Shown one piece after another: positions 21,041 through 31,149 of a DNA stretch of 64,000 nt (within the stretch, counting starts at the first letter, position 1; each line of letters begins with the position of its first letter). The notes beneath the pieces are model-generated. The model searched no databases. It saw nothing but the letters and a program-made list of their open reading frames with translations, and was not told the origin of the DNA. The position numbers were made by a program, and so were the translations under genes. The DNA lies in NCBI GenBank assembly GCA_963662285.2, contig CAXXMV010000008.1, forward strand, positions 1 to 64,000, in the 5' to 3' direction. The stretch is from a bacterium (GTDB lineage Bacteria; Hinthialibacterota; Hinthialibacteria; Hinthialibacterales; Hinthialibacteraceae).

Positions 21041-23557
21041 ATGAGTAAACTAGTTTTTCGTATTGCAATTCTAAGTGCTTTAATGCTCATACCGTTGATG
21101 AGCATGGCTCAGGTTCACATCTATGTCGATGTTCCTTCGGGAACAAGCTGGAGTGATACCACAACACCCGCTCCCAGCGCATCAGTCGATCTGGCTGATT
21201 GGGAAGTAGTTGAAGGTTTTGGAGATTTAACCGGAACCAGCGTGCGTTCTATGGATACCGGCGATTTCACCACCGGCGATAACGTATTCGAAGCCGCTTA
21301 TTTCGATGTCACCATCAATATTCCCGAAGATGGCGAATGGTTCTTATGGGCTTCGTACAGTTTCCCTTATCCAGATGCTAACACCTTTTGGGTGCTTGAT
21401 CCGGCGGGAAATTTCATCGGTTCGCCCGATGGTCCATCAGTTGATCCCACGCCATTCCTGAATTTACGCGCAGGCGATTTCAACAAATTCTTCTGGGGCG
21501 GCGCTGATGCAGGACTTAACGCCGTTAATGCAGATTCCAAAGGCGCCCCACTGGGAACCCTGAGCGCAGGCGAATATACGCTTCAAGTCTATACCGCCGA
21601 TACATTCGAGCAAATCAGTGGTGGTTCCGGTTCTGGCGCGGAAGCCGATTACCGTCGTAATCCTCACCTCGAAATGATCTACCTGTCTAACGGTGGAGTG
21701 GATGACGTCCCCAGCGATGCCAGTTTCCTGGCTCTTCAGCCCTTCTCTGGTATGCGGGAAATGAATCCCCCGGTCTATTCCGCCCAGGGTGGATATGTCA
21801 ACGTATCCGTATCAGTAAATCCTGAAACAGTAACCAGCGGAGCAGCAACCGTAACCGAAACCATACCCAGTAAATTGGATGTAGATGCAATTAGCGCATC
21901 TTCCGGTACAGCTTCAATAAGCGGAAACATAATCACATGGGATATTCCCGACATCGCAGCTGGCCCAACTCTGTCTTACCGCGTCAAGATTGACTCAGGC
22001 GTCCTGGAAGATTTCCGCATTTCCGGTTCTATCAGCGGCGGCGGCAAAACTCAAGCCATCAGCGGACAATCCGACATTAGCCTGCTGTCATTCTTCATTT
22101 TTGAAACCTTCTCCTTCCCGGCTGATGACAGCAACGCCAATGAAGGAAAGAGCATTGCAGAAGTCGATGAACCGCTGGGCGGCGGCAACACCGTTCTGGA
22201 TCGTGGCTGGGCATCCGGTTGGACGGCCAATAACGCCAACGATAAACTTGATACGCGCATCATCGATTCCGGCTTAGTAACTTCTCAACCCCAGGAATAT
22301 AATCCAGGCAATTTCTCCCTGATGATGGATGGCGCAGGCGGCGACGGCGCCCGCCGTGATATCCCGCCTGTCTCCTTTGGTGAATGCTGGGTTTCGTTTA
22401 CCTATGTTGACGAAGGCCCTGCTTCCGGTCATTGGTCAGGCCTATCCTTCTTCGATACCGAAGGCAACGAACAAACCTTCGCCGGGAAACCCTCGGGTAA
22501 GGCATTTGCCGGTCTCGGACAACTACCCGATGGCGATCTATTAGCTGAAGGCGTCGAATATAACGTTCCTCATCATTACCTGGTCCGCTACGTCATTGAT
22601 CCCGCTCCGGGACAGAATGACGACGCCTATCTGTGGATCGATCCAGATAAAGACGACCGCATGGATACCTTCGACGCTGGCGGCGCTGATGTGGATAACA
22701 TCACAAACCTGGCCACCATGCGCTTGAGCCGGGGCACTGGCGGCGGCGCGGCCTGGTGGGATAACATCTTTATCAGTTCCGTTCCCGCTCTACCTCCAGC
22801 TGGATCAGCACGCGTAGCCTTGAATCTCAATCCTGAAAATCCTGATGACCGTCCTCCCACAGCCTGGGATGTTATGTCCATTGATCAGATCGACGATGCA
22901 GCAACAGGCCCTCCATTTGGTCACGACAATGGTGATAACCATTACCTGATCGTCAGTGGATTCCTCTATTGGGAAAACGCAGGTGGCGGGGGAAACCAAT
23001 TGGTTGGTTACGGTCTTCCGGTCGATCACATGAGCGGTTTGAACGGCCATTTACTTGAACCATTCAACAACCAGTTTGACCAGGAGTTCCGCAACTCCTT
23101 CAAATTTGAAGGCAACGATGAACAAGATGGCCCATTTACTTTGGATGTTGTTCCTCCAGGCAAATACGCACAAGTACATGCAGCCATGACTGTCGCCAAT
23201 GGTGACGGCCAACTGTTCGCCACCTTCAATTATGAAGACGGCACAACCAGTGAAGGATTCATTCACGCAGATGACTGGTACAACGATCCTCCTAATCTGG
23301 ACTTCATTGATACATTCCAGTTGGTCAACGGCATGAACCGTTTGGGTGGAAGCGGTGAATTTGATGGACGCTTCAATCCCGCCGTATTCGAAAACGTTGT
23401 CGATGTCGATCCCAGCAAGGTGCTGGTTTCGATTACGCTTGAACTGGATCCGTCGGTTAATGCAAACCCCGGTTTCAACCTGTTCGACATTTTCGCAGTT
23501 CCTGAAGCCTCGGTAGAAGATCCAACCCCGGTACTGGATTGGATGATTCTTGAGTAA
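21041..23557 (+). CDS. Secreted acidic multi-domain beta-sandwich protein with C-terminal W-motif
   Basis: GGAGG RBS; signal peptide MSKLVFRIAILSALMLIPLMSMA|Q; Ig-like VTETIP...ITWD...LSYRV module; lectin-like regions; ends TPVLDWMILE. Confidence 0.8.
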   Translation: MSKLVFRIAILSALMLIPLMSMAQVHIYVDVPSGTSWSDTTTPAPSASVDLADWEVVEGFGDLTGTSVRSMDTGDFTTGDNVFEAAYFDVTINIPEDGEWFLWASYSFPYPDANTFWVLDPAGNFIGSPDGPSVDPTPFLNLRAGDFNKFFWGGADAGLNAVNADSKGAPLGTLSAGEYTLQVYTADTFEQISGGSGSGAEADYRRNPHLEMIYLSNGGVDDVPSDASFLALQPFSGMREMNPPVYSAQGGYVNVSVSVNPETVTSGAATVTETIPSKLDVDAISASSGTASISGNIITWDIPDIAAGPTLSYRVKIDSGVLEDFRISGSISGGGKTQAISGQSDISLLSFFIFETFSFPADDSNANEGKSIAEVDEPLGGGNTVLDRGWASGWTANNANDKLDTRIIDSGLVTSQPQEYNPGNFSLMMDGAGGDGARRDIPPVSFGECWVSFTYVDEGPASGHWSGLSFFDTEGNEQTFAGKPSGKAFAGLGQLPDGDLLAEGVEYNVPHHYLVRYVIDPAPGQNDDAYLWIDPDKDDRMDTFDAGGADVDNITNLATMRLSRGTGGGAAWWDNIFISSVPALPPAGSARVALNLNPENPDDRPPTAWDVMSIDQIDDAATGPPFGHDNGDNHYLIVSGFLYWENAGGGGNQLVGYGLPVDHMSGLNGHLLEPFNNQFDQEFRNSFKFEGNDEQDGPFTLDVVPPGKYAQVHAAMTVANGDGQLFATFNYEDGTTSEGFIHADDWYNDPPNLDFIDTFQLVNGMNRLGGSGEFDGRFNPAVFENVVDVDPSKVLVSITLELDPSVNANPGFNLFDIFAVPEASVEDPTPVLDWMILE
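23525..23557 (+). other. Conserved C-terminal motif, copy 1 (TPVLDWMILE*), candidate sorting signal
   Basis: Matches the C-termini of three other secreted proteins in the window. Confidence 0.75.
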
Positions 23558-23584
23558 ATTCTGTAACAATGACTTAACAACACC

Positions 23585-23615
23585 GGGGGAGGAGATTACC
23601 ATAATCTCCTCCCCC
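23585..23615 (+). terminator. Stem-loop after the 838-aa gene, probable terminator
   Basis: GGGGGAGGAGATT-ACCAT-AATCTCCTCCCCC, 13-bp perfect stem; no clear T-tail. Confidence 0.55.
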
Positions 23616-23671
23616 ATCACTTGGTATATATTTACTTGTACTCTAGCCAACTAATAATGTCAGGTAACCAA

Positions 23672-23755
23672 GTCCCCTCTCCCACCGGGAGTGGCTAGGG
23701 GTGAGGGGGAATTACAGAAAATCCAAGTAGGGCGCGCCCCTCGTGGGCGCCCGGT
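23672..23755. repeat. REP-like palindromes (CCCTCTCCC...GGGTGAGGG type and GTAG type)
   Basis: GTCCCCTCTCCCACCGGGAGTGGCTAGGGGTGAGGGGG and GTAGGGCGCGCCCCTCGTGGGCGCCCGGT. The latter has an inverted relative at 34821-34840. Confidence 0.6.
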
Positions 23756-23870
23756 AAGACGCAGTCACCATAGATCAAACAATCCTCTCTCCCCAGGATT
23801 CTGAGCTTTACCCACAAATATCAATATGGGAGATTATGAGAAATCCAATTATCTGCATATAGGATAATAT

Positions 23871-24041
23871 TGGGCGCCAAGGGCAGTGTATTTTCTGCCC
23901 TTGATTGAGTTCACCCCTTATATTTCGATAATTTAATCAAGGTTTCACTGAATAAAGAGAATTATGATTAACTTTAAGGTTGTGGTAGTTGATGGGCGCC
24001 AAGAGCAAGACCGCATTGCGTCCAGCCCTTGATCAAACCAC
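23871..24041 (+). repeat. Two copies of dispersed hairpin repeat family A (TGGGCGCCAAG(G/A)GCA...GCCCTTGAT)
   Basis: Copies at 23871-23907 and 23993-24041; third copy inverted at 34877-34925. Confidence 0.75.
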
Positions 24042-24095
24042 CCAATATAGAGTAAAAATTGCTTAACTTAATAACATTAGTCTAAGGAGTAAAGC

Positions 24096-24512
24096 ATGAA
24101 AAGTTACCGTAAAGAACTATGGTTCGAGACCCTCACCCGGCGCGCTTTCATTAATATAACGCCCCATTGCGAGGAATGCCTGCTCGAAAGCGGCGTCAAA
24201 GAAGGACTGCTGCTCTGCAACGCCATGCACATAACCGCCAGCGTCTTCATCAATGACGATGAATCAGGACTGCATCAGGACTACGACGAGTGGCTCGAAC
24301 ACCTGGCGCCCCACGAACCAGTATCCAAATACCGCCACAACGTAGGCGAAGATAACGCCGACGCACACATGAAACGCCAGATCATGGGACGCGAAGTGGT
24401 GGTAGCCATCACCAACGGTCAACTAGATTTCGGAACCTGGGAACAAATCTTCTACGGAGAATTCGACGGCCGCCGCCGCAAACGCGTGCTTATTAAGATT
24501 ATCGGGGAATGA
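24096..24512 (+). CDS. yjbQ: YjbQ/UPF0047 family (secondary thiamine-phosphate synthase-like) protein
   Basis: AAGGAG RBS; [40 protein letters not shown]. Confidence 0.93.
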   Translation: MKSYRKELWFETLTRRAFINITPHCEECLLESGVKEGLLLCNAMHITASVFINDDESGLHQDYDEWLEHLAPHEPVSKYRHNVGEDNADAHMKRQIMGREVVVAITNGQLDFGTWEQIFYGEFDGRRRKRVLIKIIGE

Positions 24513-24821
24513 GGGATTAGGATTAATTCAACTCTATTAATTGCTCAGACCTTTTCTGCTTAGTATTCAATTCACCTACTTGAATCCTAACGCTCTTTAG
24601 TAACTTTAAGGGTGTTTCATATTTATAAACCATAACATTCATTCGATAGTATATAAAACCTCAACTAATACTTATTATGCAGTATTCACAGTATTTGCTT
24701 ATTTTTACATATTAATTTTAATAATATAATAATAATCTTTGACATTCTTTATTCTTTACTATATGTTTAAATAGTATTGGTTCATCTAGGTATATTTAAC
24801 ACCATAAGGAGAATGTGCATT

Positions 24822-26949
24822 ATGTATGAGAGAATGAAAGAGAGGAAGAAATCTGTACGTAGCATTAGTGCTAATGCAATGGGTATGAGAGAAAAAGCAT
24901 CGGGGGGGGGGGGGGGTAATATTACTACTTGCCATATTGCTCCTTACGATAAATACCGTTCCATCGTACTCCCAGAGCAGTATTTCGCTAGTTAAGGATT
25001 TGTTGAAGGATGCGGATGAAGCGTCATGGCGGAATGGCGATAATGACAGACTGCCTTATAACCAGAAGAACGCCTCACTTGGAAGCGCTCTCAAAGGACA
25101 ACGGGCTATTGAATTGAGCGATTCACGCGGCAACGAGGATGGAGTGTTGGACGTTGTGGAATCTTTCACAACAGATGCTATCGATATTGAATTCGCTCCC
25201 ACCTTTGGCAGGAAGGATCAAGAGGTTCGCGGTTCTTATACCATGCAGTTGCCTGATCAGAAACATATCCAGTTGGAATTAGCCTATGATTTGATGGTGG
25301 ATGAAGATGGCGAGCGCAGCCCGGCCGCTTTCAGCGTCGAAGTATTTGAACCAAACCAGGCGGACAAGAATGAATGGATCAAGACTGACGAAACCAACGG
25401 TCCTGATTTCATGTCAGAAGAGAACAACTCAAAGATTCACCATATTGGCAAGCAAGATTTTACTACCCACCATTTTGTAGTCAACTTATCAAAATACCGG
25501 GGCAAAGAAGTATCTATTGATCTGGTAGCGCGGGTATCAAAAAAAGCGGTAACGAATCAAAAAGCGCGTTGGATCGTAGCCCGAATTATCAGCGCTGACT
25601 TCAGTTACTCGCTTGGACCGGTCATCGCAGAAAAAACAGCCCAGGCCAAAACCGCTGGAAGACGCGGCGCCGCTTCTAAGACTTCAAGCATTACGTTAGG
25701 CGCTTATGAACAAATCCTGATTAAGAGCGCCACTACTATTCCTGACTCGCAAGTCAACACAGTGCAATCATGCCTCAATAACAGCGCAATGCAGCCAAAT
25801 CGCTGGTTCGGTTATTTCCACGGTATAATGGAAAAAGAGGGCGCAGATGCTGTTTCTCCTATCGACCGCCGGGGAACCATGGCGTTCGACTTGAAGAACT
25901 ATTCATCAAATAACCTTTATGACATCAGCGTCAGCAATCTTAAGAACACTTTACTGCGTGGAACCAGCCAGGCTGCTGCTGCTCCAGCGCAATCGGGTAC
26001 GCCTTTTCTAATCATCAAACCCCACGATCAGCAATGGGATAAGTGGGATAATTGGTATACTGCTATATGTTCTAATGTTAAAGCGACTACCGACAGCAAT
26101 ACCCGCATCCATGCTTTTCTGCATGTTGAGGATAAATCACAAAATAGCATTTCAAGAAATGAAGGTGAGTGGGCATATTTGCGCGTTGGTTATGCGCGTA
26201 GCGAAGAAGATCATGCCTACGATTTCGATCTTAATAATGATGGTGAAACATTCCTAATGTCTGATTCTAATTCCAGTTCTTCTATGCCAATTATTGAATC
26301 TTTCTTTGCAGAAGAGAATGTTTCAGGAAATCGAAAAAGAACTAATGGCGTTGGAGGACCATCCGTAATTAAGGAGGGCGATTATTATTATCTATACTTT
26401 AACAGACAAATTGCCAATGCAGATATAGATTCTACATATAGTAGTGGTAATTGGCCTGCTAATACAACCAGCCTAACAGATCCTGTAGATGTTTATTGGG
26501 ATTGTATATGCGTAGCAAGAGCTAAAGTGAACGATGTAATCAACGAGGATTATGCTTCTTTGCCCAATCCCTGGAAAAAGAAGTTTAACGGCGCCTGGAA
26601 CTCTAATGGAAGGGGCGGTTATTCCTCTCCAACTATGGGAGGCAGCAATTATACAGATGATTGGCGCGCTTATCCTAATGTCATTTATGATACCTTAGAC
26701 AATGATTACTATTTGATCTGTGGAGGCCCATTAGGCTTATATCTCTATAAATCTGATAATCTATCATGTGGATGGTGGGGAACAGGATTATTGATAAGTG
26801 GAATGGAGGATTATGTTCACTATCCATCATTAATCGGTGAAGATGGTGATGACAAAGAAGGCGAATCTGATTATAAGTTATATTACGCTCATAGCGTAAC
26901 GCTGCATGGTCCTAAATCTATGCGTAGACGTAGTTTTACAATTAATTAA
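24822..26949 (+). pseudogene. Secreted protein with C-terminal GH43/32-like five-bladed propeller, frameshifted at a G15 tract within the signal peptide (phase-OFF or assembly error)
   Basis: AAGGAG RBS and ATG 24822 give MYERMKERKK...MREKASGGGG. The hydrophobic VILLLAILLLTINTVPSYS|Q lies in the frame of ORF 24937..26949; removing one G joins them. Propeller-type motifs GGPSVIKEGDYYYLYF, YPNVIYD, YPSLIG. Confidence 0.75.
24902..24916 (+). repeat. Poly-G (G15) homopolymer tract
   Basis: 15 consecutive G; the longest homopolymer I noticed in the window. Confidence 0.95.
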
Positions 26950-26959
26950 TTATGGAACT

Positions 26960-26997
26960 ATATAAAGCGATGGTTGTTGTAAGCCGTCGCTTTATAT
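26960..26997 (+). terminator. Stem-loop, possible terminator
   Basis: ATATAAAGCGATGG...CCGTCGCTTTATAT directly after the stop codon. Confidence 0.5.
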
Positions 26998-27019
26998 TTA
27001 TTTAACAAGGGAAAAAACC

Positions 27020-28279
27020 ATGAAAAAGCTAACCATAATAATCATAGCGCTTACTTTTAGTCATTCCGCCTTGGGTCATCGTATAGAATTAATATCAAAA
27101 AACATGGATGGCAATGCTGCTGCGTCTCAATTCTCCCGAAGGGGTACAGGAAATGTTGATATTAGTGATGACGGCAGGTATATAGTTTTTGCTTCTGATT
27201 CTTCAGATATCGTTGAAAACGATGCTAACCTTTGTCATGTTGAATGTCGTGTTGTGTACCAAATACCTGCGTTTGATTTATTCCGCTATGACTGGACAAC
27301 CAGGAAAATTCAAAGGATATCCCTTGATGAAAATCAAAATGAGTTAATTGATCGTGATTCGTTGATATTCTCCATGAGTGCAGATGGTCAGCAAGTTCTA
27401 TTCTCATGTATTATGCTTTTTGATTGGGAATCTCACATCTATGATACTGATAAAACATATCGTTTGCTTCCAGAAACAAAATTATTCTATGATCGATTCT
27501 CATTAAGCGGCGATGGAAAATTCATCATCTATTATAGTATAAAAAATATTTTTGTTTATAATATAAAGACTGAAGAGACAGAACTTGTTACAGCAAATGA
27601 GGATGGAGAAAAGTCGGATCTGGCGCCATTGCATTGCCCGACGATCTCTCATGACGGACATAGCATTGCATATATATGTAATGCAACTGATGTTACCAAA
27701 GAAACAACCGGTGGACTATTCATCAGAGATAGAAACACAGATGAAGATAAGATGGTACTTCCTCTCAATGGCCATTCCGCATCCAGCCTTCAATTTACCC
27801 GTGATGCAAAAACCCTTTTCTTCTCAACCTCAGCGCCGCTTGTTTCTTCTTTAGAAAAACCGTCAGGAATATATACGTACAATCCTCTCACAGAGAATAT
27901 CAACCCTATCAGTTTACCTGATTACAATGGCGTCTCGTTTGAAAATATTGATAATTTTTCAATTAATTCCAATGGCCGCTATATAGTTTTCACACATAAC
28001 TTTGGTCTATTCCGTTATGATTTGCAAAATCAAAAACTACTCCACTTATTAGAAATTGATACAATATTAGATACAGAATACAGAGATTTATGTGGGTTCT
28101 CCCATACGTTAGAACAAGAATACATTGGAGAAACCAACATCTCCGCAGACGGAAAGTACATCGTCTTCTCAACCAACGCCGACCTGCTGGTTCCCGAAGA
28201 TACCAACAGCCGATTCGACGCCTATCTGCTGGAGGTTGAAGAAGAAGCCACGGCTGACAACTGGCAGGTTTTTGAGTAG
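27020..28279 (+). CDS. Secreted TolB/PD40-like beta-propeller protein with C-terminal W-motif
   Basis: Signal peptide MKKLTIIIIALTFSHSALG|; repeats ISDDGRYIVFAS, MSADGQQVLF, LSGDGKFIIY, ISHDGHSIAY, INSNGRYIVF, ISADGKYIVF; ends ATADNWQVFE. Confidence 0.85.
   Translation: MKKLTIIIIALTFSHSALGHRIELISKNMDGNAAASQFSRRGTGNVDISDDGRYIVFASDSSDIVENDANLCHVECRVVYQIPAFDLFRYDWTTRKIQRISLDENQNELIDRDSLIFSMSADGQQVLFSCIMLFDWESHIYDTDKTYRLLPETKLFYDRFSLSGDGKFIIYYSIKNIFVYNIKTEETELVTANEDGEKSDLAPLHCPTISHDGHSIAYICNATDVTKETTGGLFIRDRNTDEDKMVLPLNGHSASSLQFTRDAKTLFFSTSAPLVSSLEKPSGIYTYNPLTENINPISLPDYNGVSFENIDNFSINSNGRYIVFTHNFGLFRYDLQNQKLLHLLEIDTILDTEYRDLCGFSHTLEQEYIGETNISADGKYIVFSTNADLLVPEDTNSRFDAYLLEVEEEATADNWQVFE
28247..28279 (+). 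other. Conserved C-terminal motif, copy 2 (ATADNWQVFE*)
   Basis: W-x-hydrophobic-aromatic-E terminus preceded by an acidic linker, as in the other copies. Confidence 0.65.
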
Positions 28280-28297
28280 GGCGGCACTCAAAAACCA

Positions 28298-30739
28298 CTA
28301 CTGCTCAGCAATAACAATCACCCGTTCGACAGCATTAAACACGGTGATTCGCGCAGATTTTTGGTTTAGCGTCTTGCTGAATGCTTTCAGGTCATCCAGG
28401 GAATGAACTTTTTGGTTGTTCCATTTAATAATAACATCGCCTACTTTGAAGCCTGCTTTTTGGGCTGGAGAGTTTTGGGGCGCTTTCATGATTAGTACTC
28501 CGGTCTCCTGGCCGATTCCGGCGGCTGATTTTTCTGCTTCGCCTATCAGGTTCTTGACCGTTGCGCCTAGCCAGATGATGGTCTCAGCGCTTCTCTTCCC
28601 TACTTGAGTTGGTACGGTTTTGGCTGGAGTGAATTTGCGGGTCGCCTTGCTGACTTCAGTTTGAAATTCAGGCTTGATTACTCCGAACTGGTTCATGGCG
28701 AAATTTTTGAAGCCGAGTTTTAATGCAGCGGACTGAGGCTTAACCCGGTAATCGCCTTTTTGGGGATCGATGAATTGAGGATCGGCCATCAGCGAATGTT
28801 GGTCGAATCCCTTAGCCTGCCATTCATGCAAAGGCAGTGGATCACCCAATCCGGTTACTACTGGTTCACTATCCTGGTTGTAAAACAGGTTGTAATCGAA
28901 CTCTTTGGCGTATTCGGGATCGACCCGGATAAACTGGTATGGTTTGTCGCTTACGAAAATGTTGCGCGACACTACATCGTCGCATCCGGGAATCCATACG
29001 TGGAAGCCGCCGAAGCCGTTAATAATGATATTGTTCTCCACCCGCCGGAAGAATCCTTCGCGCAGTTTGACGCCCATGCCCAGGCACAAATTATTATACA
29101 CATGGTAGTTGCTGGAACCGTCATCAAGATCGATGCCCCATGAGTGCCCGCCGTCATGCGCAAAACGGTTATTGCGGATCAGGGTGGTTTTGTAGTTATC
29201 CAGTTTGGCGCGTTGTTTGGCGAATGGTTCGTAGTCGCGGCCTCCGTTGTATGAGGTTTTCCAGAAACGGTCGCGTCCCCAGCTGTTGAAGGGGCCATGG
29301 TCGCCGCTTTCCCTGACCGTGTTGAAGGCGTCGTTATGTTCGATAATGTGGCCGCCCCAGCAACCGTCGTTGATGCAGATCGAGGCGCGGGGACAGTTGT
29401 AAATGGTATTATGGCTGACGGTGATCTCTTCCGACATGGAGATGAATACGCCCGCCGTCTGTTTGCCGATATATCCGAAACTGTGCATTATATTATTATG
29501 CACCCTGCATTGCGCAGGGTAATTACTGGTTTTGGGGCCGGGCGTCAGGTCAATTTTATCCTGATCCAGCGTACGGCTATATTCCACCGCCGGACTCCGC
29601 ACGGCGCCCATATCGCCTACCAGGCAAACGCAACTCTCGCCCAATCCGGCGAAGCGGCATCCAGAAACAACCGCGCCTCGATTATATCGGCTGATCAAGA
29701 CTCCATTGCCGCCCAAATTTTCAAAGCAACAATCCTCGACTGTACAGTTTTCGGTTGCCTCAAAATGCACCGCCGCCAACCTGGCGATAGACCAGTCGCC
29801 GCGCAACAGGCGTTCATAAGGCGCCATGAAAATACGCGCGGTATGCTTAAACTTTAGATTCTTAATATGGAGGTTTTTAACCGGATTATCCTGTGAACCC
29901 TTTAGGATAAACAACTGCTGCAAACTGGCGCCGATGATTGACGCGTTCTCTATATCATCACCCACTAGAGGATAGACGTACAAGACGTTGGTTTCGCGGT
30001 CAAGATACCATTCGCCGGGAGCGTCTAACTCCTCGAATATGTTTTCAACGAACAGGTAGTCGTTGTGGTAGCCTCCCCTGAAGAATGGATCGAAGCCGCC
30101 GCCCCGGTTTTCCTGCCAGCCGCCCTGGAATTTCAAAGTTCCGTCCGGGTTGACGCCGTCTATGCGGTAATGCTTGCTGCCCCACATGGCGGAATGCAGC
30201 GCATGCATATAACCGCCGACCGGATTCTTCCAGGTTTTAACTCTGGCGGGAGATATCGCTTCGCCTGACGTTCCACCGAAAAACCTGGCTTGCGGATCAA
30301 AGTTAGGATACCGCGCCATACGGTAACGCGCATTATTAACATAAAGTTCATCAATACCAGAAGCATCTGGTTTCACCTGAGCTTTGAGAATCTTGCCCTG
30401 ATGAACGCTCCATTGCAGATCAAGTGGAATGCCGCCGCTGACCACCGCTGTTTCATCCCGGTATCCCGATATAGTTAATGGATTCTCATCCGAAGCGGCG
30501 TCCGCTTGATTGAAGACTACCTGATTGGTTAAAAAATAATGGCCGCCGCGAAGATATATGGTGACGGGTTGGCTGGTTTTGACGTCGTGCGCCGCCTGTT
30601 GCGCACGTTCTATGCTTTGAAAAGGCTTATTGATTGATCCGGCGTTTGCGTCATCACCGTTCGGGGCTACGAATAATTCAATCCCCTGGGCGGCGTGAAT
30701 AGATATAAACAAACAGAAAAAAAGTAATAGATGTCTCAT
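28298..30739 (-). CDS. Secreted right-handed beta-helix (GH141-like) protein with C-terminal PDZ domain
   Basis: Signal peptide; FVAPNGDDANAGS..PFQSIERA, MARYPN, ENIFEELDAPGEWY, GIDLDDGSS; PDZ signature SPAQKAGFKVGDVII. Confidence 0.85.
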   Translation of the reverse strand: MRHLLLFFCLFISIHAAQGIELFVAPNGDDANAGSINKPFQSIERAQQAAHDVKTSQPVTIYLRGGHYFLTNQVVFNQADAASDENPLTISGYRDETAVVSGGIPLDLQWSVHQGKILKAQVKPDASGIDELYVNNARYRMARYPNFDPQARFFGGTSGEAISPARVKTWKNPVGGYMHALHSAMWGSKHYRIDGVNPDGTLKFQGGWQENRGGGFDPFFRGGYHNDYLFVENIFEELDAPGEWYLDRETNVLYVYPLVGDDIENASIIGASLQQLFILKGSQDNPVKNLHIKNLKFKHTARIFMAPYERLLRGDWSIARLAAVHFEATENCTVEDCCFENLGGNGVLISRYNRGAVVSGCRFAGLGESCVCLVGDMGAVRSPAVEYSRTLDQDKIDLTPGPKTSNYPAQCRVHNNIMHSFGYIGKQTAGVFISMSEEITVSHNTIYNCPRASICINDGCWGGHIIEHNDAFNTVRESGDHGPFNSWGRDRFWKTSYNGGRDYEPFAKQRAKLDNYKTTLIRNNRFAHDGGHSWGIDLDDGSSNYHVYNNLCLGMGVKLREGFFRRVENNIIINGFGGFHVWIPGCDDVVSRNIFVSDKPYQFIRVDPEYAKEFDYNLFYNQDSEPVVTGLGDPLPLHEWQAKGFDQHSLMADPQFIDPQKGDYRVKPQSAALKLGFKNFAMNQFGVIKPEFQTEVSKATRKFTPAKTVPTQVGKRSAETIIWLGATVKNLIGEAEKSAAGIGQETGVLIMKAPQNSPAQKAGFKVGDVIIKWNNQKVHSLDDLKAFSKTLNQKSARITVFNAVERVIVIAEQ

Positions 30740-30922
30740 CGCGTCTTCTTTCAGTACTTTTATATATTAAATCATGGTTCCAACCGTATAACATATTTAA
30801 TATATCCTTCATTTTATATTTTCATAATACACGAGTTCAGGTCAAGCGTATTATAATCAAGTAACAGGTCAGCCATATGAAGTAGTAACATTATAACTAT
30901 GCTTTATACAAGGCTTTTTATT

Positions 30923-31035
30923 AAAATTCTCCCCCCAAGTTTGGGGGAGTTAGAGGGGGGTTGCGTTTCAACGAATCAACCCCCACCTAACCTCCCCCAG
31001 GCTTGGGGGAGGGATAACGCATTTCAATTGGCTGA
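30923..31035. repeat. REP doublet / REPIN-like palindromic element, family B copy 1
   Basis: Two CTCCCCC..GGGGGAG hairpins in inverted arrangement; near-identical inverted copy at 42305-42418. Confidence 0.85.
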
Positions 31036-31149
31036 CCTGTTACAAAATCAAAAATTCTATTGGTATTTATTCTTAAATATCGTATGATTATAAATAGATA
31101 AAGCATGACTTTTCCAAATCATATCCTCAACCAAGGGGAGGAAAACATA

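Noticed and set aside
23560-24095. Possible CRISPR array or tRNA in the repeat-rich gap
   Set aside because: Repeats are heterogeneous and irregularly spaced, with no unique equal-length spacers, no cas genes and no cloverleaf/T-loop.
24777-24995. Independent 72-aa protein
   Set aside because: Better explained as the out-of-frame 5' part of the poly-G gene.
28416-30478. Many 60-190-aa ORFs overlapping long genes (here and throughout the window)
   Set aside because: Antisense or alternate-frame shadows of well-supported CDSs, with no RBS or family motifs.
30899-31087. 62-aa ORF (also 52896..53171 and 59778..59990)
   Set aside because: These are translations of REP palindromes (PPSLGELEGG-type), not credible genes.
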